Assembly (NCBI RefSeq): GCF_000195755.1
Contig: NC_002937.3
Coordinates: forward strand, 1,710,001-1,742,000
From: Nitratidesulfovibrio vulgaris str. Hildenborough
Lineage (GTDB): Bacteria; Desulfobacterota; Desulfovibrionia; Desulfovibrionales; Desulfovibrionaceae
DNA length: 32,000 bases
Reading direction: 5' to 3'
Every line of letters begins with the position of its first letter. The first letter of the stretch is position 1. A program made the translations under genes and the position numbers. The notes below the pieces were generated by a model, which was not told the DNA's origin, searched no databases, and saw only the letters and a program-made list of their open reading frames with translations. This document shows, one piece after another, positions 25,441-32,000 of this stretch.

Positions 25441-26402
25441 GGCGTTCGGGGCCTGCGGGTGCGGGGGTGGTGCGCGTTGTGGATGCGTCGAAGCCTGTCA
25501 GCCTGCACATGCGTATATATCTCGGTTGCGCTGATGTCGGCGTGCCCAAGCAGAAGCTGTACCGAGCGCAGGTCGGCGCCGCCTTCAAGCAGGTGCGTGG
25601 CAAAGGAATGCCTGAAGGTATGGGGAGAGATGTCCTTGTGGATGCCAGCCTCTGCCACATGGCGCTTGACGACCTTCCACACTGCCTGCCGTGACAGCCC
25701 CTTGCCGGAACGGTTCAGGAACATCGCAGGTTCGACGGGAGAAAAGGCCGGACGCCAATCCCGGAGATAGGCCGTGACGAGCGCGCATGAGACATGATGC
25801 ACCGGGACGATGCGCTCTTTGGCTCCCTTCCCGAAGACGCGCACCACGCCAGCCTGCGCGTCGAAATCGAGCGGGCGCAGGGCACAAAGCTCTGACACGC
25901 GCAATCCCGCGGCATACATGAGTTCGAGCATCGTCCGGTCACGGAAGCCAAGCCTGTCAGAGAGGTCCGGACGGGCGAGGATGGTGGCCATCTCGTCACG
26001 GGTGAGCACATCCGGCAAGTTGCGCGCCAGCTTCGGATTTTCAAGGAACAATGCCGGATCGGCTTCAAGTTCACCTTCACCGACGGCAAAGGCGAAAAAG
26101 CCCCGAAGCGTGGCAAGATGCCGGGCCAGCGTCCGGCCAGCCATGCCCCGGCGACGCAAGTCGACCACGTGCATGAAAAGGGTCTGCTCATCGACTTCGG
26201 CAAGTAGGCACCCTCGTTCTTCAAGGAAGACTTGAAGTTCGATCAGGTCTGCGCTGTAGGCCGCGAGCGTATTCTCGGCAAGGCCACGTTCGACGAGCAG
26301 ATGTTCCAGCCACCTGTCCATTACCGGTGCGAGGCGGACCTGACGTGCCGGTTGCGCGGTGGAAGAACTACGTGATGTAGGCTGTGCGTTGGTTCTTTTC
26401 AT
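25437..26402 (-). CDS. xerD: Tyrosine recombinase XerD
   Basis: ERGLAENTLAAYSADL, AGLRVSEL, VRVFGKGAKERIVP, HTFRHSFATHLLEGGADLRSVQLLLGHADISATEIYTH. ATGA overlap with the downstream gene. Confidence 0.88.
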   Translation of the reverse strand: MKRTNAQPTSRSSSTAQPARQVRLAPVMDRWLEHLLVERGLAENTLAAYSADLIELQVFLEERGCLLAEVDEQTLFMHVVDLRRRGMAGRTLARHLATLRGFFAFAVGEGELEADPALFLENPKLARNLPDVLTRDEMATILARPDLSDRLGFRDRTMLELMYAAGLRVSELCALRPLDFDAQAGVVRVFGKGAKERIVPVHHVSCALVTAYLRDWRPAFSPVEPAMFLNRSGKGLSRQAVWKVVKRHVAEAGIHKDISPHTFRHSFATHLLEGGADLRSVQLLLGHADISATEIYTHVQADRLRRIHNAHHPRTRRPRTP

Positions 26403-26594
26403 GGCTGTTCCGGTTGCCGGAACATGCTACACGCGGGTGACGCGCGCTACAAGGGGAAAGAAATTGACAGCATGTCAGGGCGGAAGGTAGGCTCCGACCA
26501 TACCCATCATCCGGGAACCGCAACGGTCTCCGGGCTGATGGCACAGCCCGAACTGTTGCTCTGGGATCGAAACTTTCAAGGAGACTTGTTGCCA

Positions 26595-27761
26595 ATGGCT
26601 GCATTCAAGCTTGCTGACAGGCTGGCCACGTTGCCCCCGTACCTCTTCGCCGGCATCGACAAGGTGAAGGCCGAAGTTGCCGCGCGCGGCGTCGACATCA
26701 TCAGCCTCGGCATCGGCGACCCCGACATGGCCACGCCCGGCTTCATCATCGAAGCCATGAAAGAGGCCATCGCACGTCCTGCCAACCACCAGTACCCTTC
26801 GTATGTGGGGATGCTCGCCTTCAGGCAGGAAGTGGCGAACTGGTATGACAGGCGGTTCGGGGTCTCTCTCGATCCCGCCACCGAGGTCATCGGCCTCATC
26901 GGTTCGAAAGAGGGCATCGCCCATTTCCCGTTCGCCTTCATCAACCCCGGCGACCTCGTGCTGGTGTGCACGCCCAACTACCCCGTCTACCATATCGCCA
27001 CGGGCTTTGCGGGCGGTGAAGTGCAGTTCGTGCCGCTGCTTGAAGAGAACGACTTCCTCCCCGACCTCGACGCCATTCCGGAAGATACGTGGAAGAGGGC
27101 GAAGATGATCTTCGTCAACTACCCCAACAACCCCACGGCGGCGACTGCGCCTCTCGGCTTCTATGAAAAGCTGGTCGACATCTGCCGCCGCTTCGACGTC
27201 ATCATCGCCCACGACACAGCGTACACCGAAATCTACTACGATGAAGACAACCGGCCCCCGAGCATCCTTTCCGTGCCCGGTGCCAAGGATGTCGCCATCG
27301 AATTCCATTCCCTCTCCAAGACCTACAACATGACGGGCTGGCGCGTAGGGATGGCCGTGGGCAATCCGACGCTCGTCGCCGGACTTGGCAAGATCAAGGA
27401 GAACATGGACTCCGGCATCTTCCAGGCTGTGCAGGAAGCGTCCATCGTGGCACTGCGTGACGGTGACGACTTCTGCCGCGAACTTCGCGGCATCTACCGC
27501 CAACGGAGAGACACCGTCATCAACGCCCTGCACAAGGCTGGCATCCAGTGCCGCGTACCGCAGGCCACCTTCTATGTCTGGGCGCGCGTACCGCAGGGCC
27601 ACACCTCTGCCGATTTCGTCACCAGAGTACTGCAGGAGACCGGCGTTGTGGTCACCCCCGGCAACGGTTTCGGCACTCCCGGCGAGGGGTTCTTCCGCAT
27701 CTCGCTGACAGTGGACAACGCCCGACTTGAGGAGGCCGTGTCACGGATAGCCAAGCTGTAG
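26595..27761 (+). CDS. dapL: LL-diaminopimelate aminotransferase (class I/II aminotransferase)
   Basis: MAAFKLADRLATLPPYLFAGIDKVK, NYPNNPT, SLSKTYNMTGWRVG (PLP Lys). The ATG at 26595 fits the family N-terminus. Confidence 0.85.
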   Translation: MAAFKLADRLATLPPYLFAGIDKVKAEVAARGVDIISLGIGDPDMATPGFIIEAMKEAIARPANHQYPSYVGMLAFRQEVANWYDRRFGVSLDPATEVIGLIGSKEGIAHFPFAFINPGDLVLVCTPNYPVYHIATGFAGGEVQFVPLLEENDFLPDLDAIPEDTWKRAKMIFVNYPNNPTAATAPLGFYEKLVDICRRFDVIIAHDTAYTEIYYDEDNRPPSILSVPGAKDVAIEFHSLSKTYNMTGWRVGMAVGNPTLVAGLGKIKENMDSGIFQAVQEASIVALRDGDDFCRELRGIYRQRRDTVINALHKAGIQCRVPQATFYVWARVPQGHTSADFVTRVLQETGVVVTPGNGFGTPGEGFFRISLTVDNARLEEAVSRIAKL

Positions 27762-28261
27762 TCGAAGAGGCGTTCGTCTGCCTGGGCTCCAATATCGGTG
27801 ATACCGATGGCCATCTCGACGCTGCCGTCGAGGCCATGCGCGATATCCCCGGAGTGCGGGTGGTGGATGTCTCTCCGTCCTACTATACAGAACCGCAAGA
27901 GAAGCGTGACCAGCCGTGGTTCGCCAACCGGGTAGCCCGTTTGCTGTGCTCGTCCGGCGTGACACCGGAAGGCCTGCTCGCTTCTTTGCTGGATATCGAA
28001 GCCCGTCTGGGGCGTCGGCGTGAAGCCGATGCCCCGCGCTTCGGGCCGCGGGTCATCGATATCGACCTGCTCGTCTTCGGTGGCGAACAGCGCGATGGCG
28101 ATGTGCTGACGCTGCCACACCCTCGCATGGCAGGCAGGGCGTTCGTTCTCGTCCCGCTTCGCGATGTGGCCCCGGACTTCTCCTTCCCTGACGGTGTGTC
28201 GCTGCATGAAAGGCTGGCGGCACTGCCCCATCGCGTCGAGGGCCGACGCATCTGGCAGTAA
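27761..28261 (+). CDS. folK: HPPK (2-amino-4-hydroxy-6-hydroxymethyldihydropteridine diphosphokinase); start codon unresolved
   Basis: The frame reads EEAFVCLGSNIGDTDGHLDAAVEAMRDIPGV...GPRVIDIDLL...LTLPHPRM, which aligns with E. coli FolK from residue 3. The first canonical start in frame is the ATG at 27836. Confidence 0.8.
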   Translation, partial: VEEAFVCLGSNIGDTDGHLDAAVEAMRDIPGVRVVDVSPSYYTEPQEKRDQPWFANRVARLLCSSGVTPEGLLASLLDIEARLGRRREADAPRFGPRVIDIDLLVFGGEQRDGDVLTLPHPRMAGRAFVLVPLRDVAPDFSFPDGVSLHERLAALPHRVEGRRIWQ

Positions 28262-28285
28262 CCATCCCCAAAGCAAGGAAGTGCC

Positions 28286-28585
28286 ATGCTCAAATGGATA
28301 GTTCTCGTTCTCGCCGGCTATGTCCTCTACCGCCTTTTCGTCAATGACGCCCGCAAGAAGAAGAAAGACGACAAGAAACAGAAGGACCATCTTGTCGCGA
28401 CCGGTGAGATGGTCAAAGACCCCGTGTGCGGGGCGTATGTCGCCGTCGATGGTGGCGTGACCGTGCGTGATGGAGACACCGTTCACCGCTTCTGCAGCTA
28501 CGAGTGCCGCGACGCCTTCATCAAACGTTTGCAGGAAGGCGGCCGGGAGATTCCCGAATTGCCCCGCGAAAAGGAAGAGGAGTAG
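28286..28585 (+). CDS. Small membrane-anchored protein with YHS/TRASH-like Cys motif
   Basis: N-terminal TM MLKWIVLVLAGYVLYRLF, a Lys-rich linker, then DPVCGAYV...HRFCSYECRDAF. Confidence 0.6.
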   Translation: MLKWIVLVLAGYVLYRLFVNDARKKKKDDKKQKDHLVATGEMVKDPVCGAYVAVDGGVTVRDGDTVHRFCSYECRDAFIKRLQEGGREIPELPREKEEE

Positions 28586-28842
28586 AGCGTGCCCCTTTCC
28601 GGAGACGCAATCCCGCGTGCGGGATGCGTTGCCGGGAAGACTTCGGACGCATGACACATCTGGTTCCTCTCTCTGGCTGGCACAGGGGGAATCCGATTGT
28701 TCTTCCGGGGGTGTGGTTGTATGCGTCGCTGAGGGGAGCTGGTTCTGTTTGGCCTATCCTCTCCAGCTGGACCTGCCACGTACAGTTTGTCCGTCACCGT
28801 CTTTCTCCGGTCGCAACGATGACCGATTTGTAGGGAGATGCC

Positions 28843-29490
28843 GTGCAGTTCTTCATAGATACCGCAAACCTCGATGAAATACGCGAGGCCGCCCGCCTTG
28901 GGCTTGTCGATGGTGTGACCACCAATCCAACGCTCATGTCCCGCGAGGGGCACGACTGGCGCGATGTCGCTGCCGCCATTTGCCGCGAGGTGGATGGCCC
29001 GGTCAGTCTGGAAGCGGTCGGCAATACCGCAGACGAACTTGTCGCTATGGGGCTTGAGCTTGTGCGATTCGGTCCCAATGTCGTCGTCAAGGTGCCCATG
29101 ACGACCGAAGGACTCAAGGCTGTTCGTATTTTGAGCGGGCAGGGGGTAGACTGCAATGTCACTCTCGTCTTTTCCCCCATGCAGGCCCTTCTTGCCGCCA
29201 AAGCCGGGGCAGCCTTCGTTTCTCCCTTCGTGGGTCGCCTCGATGCCCTGTCGGAAGACGGCATGCAGCTGGTAGCGGAGACGCTCACCATTTTCCGGAA
29301 TTATGCCATGCCTACACGGGTCATCGTCGCCAGCATCAGGCATCCCATGCACGTCTCCCGTGCGGCCTTGCTTGGGGCACATATCGCCACGATACCATTC
29401 GGAGTGCTTGGACAACTGGCGGCACATCCGCTCACTGACGCCGGGCTTGCGGCTTTCGACCGGGATTGGGCCCGGTTGAACGGCAAGTAG
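28843..29490 (+). CDS. tal: Transaldolase / fructose-6-phosphate aldolase (short type 3B)
   Basis: MQFFIDTANLDEIREA...GVTTNPTL...VVKVP...SPFVGR. GTG start with GGGAG upstream. Confidence 0.93.
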   Translation: MQFFIDTANLDEIREAARLGLVDGVTTNPTLMSREGHDWRDVAAAICREVDGPVSLEAVGNTADELVAMGLELVRFGPNVVVKVPMTTEGLKAVRILSGQGVDCNVTLVFSPMQALLAAKAGAAFVSPFVGRLDALSEDGMQLVAETLTIFRNYAMPTRVIVASIRHPMHVSRAALLGAHIATIPFGVLGQLAAHPLTDAGLAAFDRDWARLNGK

Positions 29491-29515
29491 CGGCTGTCTG
29501 CGGCATATCATCGCG

Positions 29516-29559
29516 CGAAGGCGACACAGGCATTGGTCCTGCGTCGCCTTCGTGTTTTG
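29516..29559 (+). terminator. Rho-independent terminator of tal
   Basis: CGAAGGCGAC (29516-29525), 17-nt loop, GTCGCCTTCG (29543-29552), then TGTTTTG. Confidence 0.7.
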
Positions 29560-30093
29560 CATGCGGTTGCCCGCATAACACACGCCCCGCCACCCTTGAT
29601 AAGACTGGACCCATCATACGGGCTGACACTCAAACGTAGCCGCAAAGACCACCACGTATTGCATCGTCGCGTCATATTGCTACGTCCGGGCGTCACTTCG
29701 ACCGGGAGGCACCAAGGGATATGACCAATCAGCCAGACTGAGATGGCCGATTCCGCCCGACACGCCGCGATGCCTTCTCCCACTTCATCACCATGTGCTT
29801 TTATGCGATGGGGAGACGAAAACCCGAAAAAACCGCACTGGCAGGGTGTGGATGCGTTTCAGTATCAAGGTCAGGTCGTCGTACCTTCCTGTCCAGCCTC
29901 TGTCACTGACGGAGAAACACCATTGTGGGGCACCACCAAAGCCAGCGACTCGTTAACGAACGACAAACCTCGTGACGCTGGGGGGCACCAGCCTTTACCC
30001 ATGGTGGGAAGAGGATGAGTTACTCGCATGACATGCCGGTCTCAAGCGAACCTGTTTGGCCCTCCACGGACGCCAACATACACATAACTACGC

Positions 30094-30141
30094 AAAAAGA
30101 CCGGGGTTCGTGGATGCCTGCGGACATCTGCGAACCCCGGT
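30094..30141 (-). terminator. Rho-independent terminator of tRNA-Met
   Basis: ACCGGGGTTCG (30100-30110) pairs with CGAACCCCGGT (30131-30141). On the minus strand it is followed by CTTTTTGCG. Confidence 0.75.
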
Positions 30142-30152
30142 TCATTTGCTAG

Positions 30153-30229
30153 TGGTAGCGAGGGAGGGAATTGAACCCCCGACACTGCGGATATGAGCCG
30201 CATGCTCTGACCAACTGAGCTACCTCGCC
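30153..30229 (-). tRNA. tRNA with CAT anticodon (elongator Met, or Ile2 if lysidine-modified), CCA encoded
   Basis: Minus strand reads GGCGAGGTAGCTCAGTTGGTCAGAGCATGCGGCTCATATCCGCAGTGTCGGGGGTTCAATTCCCTCCCTCGCTACCA. It forms a 77-nt cloverleaf with anticodon loop CT-CAT-AT. Confidence 0.92.
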
Positions 30230-30326
30230 AAACCTGTCGTGACGTCTTCTCCGTCGCGACGGGTGACTCTTTACCCAAGCCACCCGACCTTTGCAAGCGT
30301 TTTTTCGGAGAATCCCCCCAAAATGT

Positions 30327-31124
30327 TCAGTAGGCCATAAAATAGTAGACCAGCGGGGCGATGGCGAGGCGATACCAGGCGAAAGGCCTGAAGGTCATGC
30401 GTCCGACCAGCGCAATGAAGAGTTTCACCGCCGCCCACGCGGAGAGGAACGACACGACAAAGCCCGTCGCGAAGAAAGGCAGGTCGGCCGGAGTGAAAAG
30501 AGTCCAGCTCTTCAGCAGGTCGTAACCGGTTGCGGCGAACATGATGGGAACGGCGGCGATGAACGAGTACTCTGCGGCCAGCCCCCGGCGAGCCCCGAGA
30601 AGCATGCCGCCCATGATAGTGGCCGCCGAACGCGAGAATCCGGGCCACAGGGCAAGGCATTGAAAGCAGCCTATGCCCAACGCAAGCGCAGGTGACATCT
30701 CATCAAGGGTCATGTAGCGGGGCCGTTCCGTACGTCGTTCGACCAGCAGCATGAAGATTGCCCCCACAGCCAGGGCGATGGCAACGGTGGAGGGGGTGAA
30801 AAGATGCGCCTTGATGGTAGAGTGGGCAGCGAGTCCGAGTACGCTCGCGGGCAGGCTGGTCAGCAACAGAAGCATGATGCCCCGTAGCCCTGCGAAGCGG
30901 ACATAGGGCTGGGGGCGCAGCAGGCCCCAGAACCTGTCCCAGTACAGGACGACCACGGCGAGGATGGCTCCAAGCTGAATGGCGACTTCGAAGGTCGTGG
31001 CCTTGGGACCGGTGAACCCCAGCAACTCGCCCGTGATGATGAGGTGACCTGTCGAGGAGACGGGAAGGAACTCTGTCAGTCCTTCGACGAGGCCAAGAAT
31101 CGCAGCGGTGATCATGTCTGACAT
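30327..31124 (-). CDS. uppP: Undecaprenyl-diphosphate phosphatase
   Basis: MSDMITAAILGLVEGLTEFLPVSSTGHLII is the canonical BacA/UppP N-terminus. Polytopic membrane protein. Confidence 0.93.
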   Translation of the reverse strand: MSDMITAAILGLVEGLTEFLPVSSTGHLIITGELLGFTGPKATTFEVAIQLGAILAVVVLYWDRFWGLLRPQPYVRFAGLRGIMLLLLTSLPASVLGLAAHSTIKAHLFTPSTVAIALAVGAIFMLLVERRTERPRYMTLDEMSPALALGIGCFQCLALWPGFSRSAATIMGGMLLGARRGLAAEYSFIAAVPIMFAATGYDLLKSWTLFTPADLPFFATGFVVSFLSAWAAVKLFIALVGRMTFRPFAWYRLAIAPLVYYFMAY

Positions 31125-31333
31125 GGTGGATGCTCCGTATGCCGGAAGTGCGGGATGAGCAGGGAGGGCATTGTGACAGGAACGAGTCGTTCCGCAGATG
31201 CCGATGGAGGAAGGCATGTCGGCTTCTCGCCGTTTGCGGGGGATAGCGTATGCCGCCGCGAGTTGCAAGGGGGGGGGCGTTCATGTAGATTGTCGCGTCG
31301 CAATGCCGCGGCAACCCACACAGGAGACAGGCC

Positions 31334-31528
31334 ATGACCACCATCGTAGGACACAACGAGCTCGTGCGCCGTGCCGCCTCTTTCGTTCTTGACGAGCACA
31401 GGGAACACCCCGACCGCTCGTTCGATAGCCTCAGTGAAGAGGCGTCCATGCGTTTCAACCTCGGCCCGCTCGACAGCGAGGCACTGCGTCGCATCCTCTG
31501 CGATGAGAAGGCCGAAGAAGCCCACTAG
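31334..31528 (+). CDS. Hypothetical small acidic protein (64 aa)
   Basis: ORF with GGAGACAGGCC upstream of the ATG. I recognise no family. It is in the same frame as the downstream lptF/G-family gene, separated by one TAG. Confidence 0.35.
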   Translation: MTTIVGHNELVRRAASFVLDEHREHPDRSFDSLSEEASMRFNLGPLDSEALRRILCDEKAEEAH

Positions 31529-31537
31529 GGGGCCACT

Positions 31538-32000
31538 CTGCGCTCGTTCACGACTCTTCTGCAGAGGCAGGTGTTCAAGGAGCTTGTCTCCATCTTCCTG
31601 CTTTGTCTTGGTGCGTTGCTATCGCTCATCCTTATAGGACGGGGCCTGCAACTGCGCGAACTGTTTCTGGGGCTCGACCTTGGCCTCACAGACGCCACGC
31701 TGCTGTTTCTCTACCTTGTGCCCTTCTTCATGCTGCTGGTCGTTCCCGTGGCATGCATGTTGAGCGTGTTCCTGACCTTCCTGCGCATGAGCACCGACCG
31801 CGAACTCGTGGCGCTCAAGGCGGGGGGGGTGAGCATCTACCAGATGATGGCGGCACCGCTCGTTTTCTGCGTTCTCTGCGCGGGCCTCTCCCTCAGCATC
31901 TCGCTACACTGGCTGTCGTGGGGCATGGGCAATTTCCGCGCTACCATCATGGAAATCGCCAATACCCGCGCCCGCATCGTCATACAGCCCGGAGTCTTCA
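31538..32000 (+). CDS. LptF/LptG (YjgP/YjgQ) family permease, 3' end beyond window; start uncertain
   Basis: My own translation gives LRSFTTLLQRQVFKELVSIFLLCLGALLSLILIGRG...FLTFLRMSTDRELVALKAGGVSIYQMM, typical of the LptF/G N-terminal region. The reading frame is open to the window end. Confidence 0.8.
   Translation, partial: MRSFTTLLQRQVFKELVSIFLLCLGALLSLILIGRGLQLRELFLGLDLGLTDATLLFLYLVPFFMLLVVPVACMLSVFLTFLRMSTDRELVALKAGGVSIYQMMAAPLVFCVLCAGLSLSISLHWLSWGMGNFRATIMEIANTRARIVIQPGVF

Noticed and set aside
26407-26423. Perfect palindrome GTTCCGG-TTG-CCGGAAC 5 nt upstream of the xerD start, and TGACA-GCA-TGTCA at about 26464-26476 in the xerD/dapL divergent region
   Set aside because: Both are short and could arise by chance in GC-rich DNA. 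No repeat copies or known operator consensus support a regulatory call.
28605-28629. Bulged 11-bp hairpin (ACGCAATCCCG-CGTG-CGGGATGCGT) just after the small YHS-like gene
   Set aside because: It lacks a U-tract, so it is not a classical terminator. I could see no riboswitch-like conservation. It is too little to support a call.
27572-28657. Long antisense ORFs across housekeeping genes (e.g. 27572..28657 -, 26475..27602 -, 28498..29583 -, 20651..21673 +, 3801..4847 -, 832..1497 -, 5685..6374 -, 7519..8355 -)
   Set aside because: Each lies opposite a gene with strong, full-length family motifs and has biased Arg/Gly/His/Pro composition. I treated them as GC-driven open frames, not genes.
28678-28693. 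Sigma-54-like TGGCAC in the 257-nt region upstream of tal
   Set aside because: The -12 position reads AT rather than GC, so the spacing and consensus are not met.
29743-30018. 91-aa plus-strand ORF between tal and tRNA-Met
   Set aside because: It has no Shine-Dalgarno sequence, no recognisable family, Pro/Ser/Gly/Trp-rich composition, and no hydrophobic core pattern.
30153-30229. Possibility that the CAT tRNA is the initiator tRNA-fMet
   Set aside because: The anticodon stem is TGCGG/CCGCA and lacks the three consecutive G-C pairs of initiators. Positions 1-72 form G-U rather than the C-A mismatch. It is therefore called elongator Met (or Ile2).
1-32000. CRISPR arrays, rRNA genes, IS elements or transposases, retron or DGR-type repeats
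   Set aside because: I saw no regularly spaced direct repeats, no transposase, integrase or reverse-transcriptase-like ORFs (xerD is the chromosomal dimer-resolution type), and no template/variable repeat pairs on either strand.

Overview
High-GC chromosomal window. The gene order resembles what I recall for Desulfovibrio vulgaris, but I cannot verify that here. Positions 1-8.6 kb hold the conserved envelope/sigma-54 cluster kdsC-lptC-lptA-lptB-rpoN-hpf-ptsN-rapZ. It is followed by mannose-family PTS EIIA, EIIB and an EIIC-like gene (no EIID), then family-II pyrophosphatase ppaC. Positions 8.6-13.5 kb are an accessory islet abutting the 3' end of tRNA-Pro(TGG). It contains an AT-rich Fe-S flavoprotein gene and a decayed phage tail module: a tape-measure C-terminal fragment, an intact DUF2590-like ORF, and a baseplate-like N-terminal fragment with an in-frame stop. 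Minus-strand toxin-antitoxin cassettes sit between the tail genes. One is an intact brnT-brnA pair. The other is brnT(nonsense pseudogene)-brnA-higA, with no higB. A helically phased TGCA-motif array lies between the tail remnant and the tRNA. Positions 13.7-15.8 kb are an AT-richer arsenic islet (arsR-arsP-like permease, divergent arsC). Positions 16-32 kb are housekeeping: lysA, a lipoprotein, mutS, lapB/lapA-like genes, a HIT protein, a DHH-CBS-CCA/polyA-polymerase fusion, xerD, dapL, folK, a small YHS/TRASH protein, transaldolase, tRNA-Met(CAT), uppP, a small ORF and an lptF/G-family permease. The most notable items are the TA-interleaved prophage remnant with its two-antitoxin cassette, a T9 tract that separates the best start codon from the body of the EIIC-like gene, and two genes (folK, lptF/G) whose conserved N-termini have no canonical start codon. 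No CRISPR array, rRNA or intact mobile element was seen.
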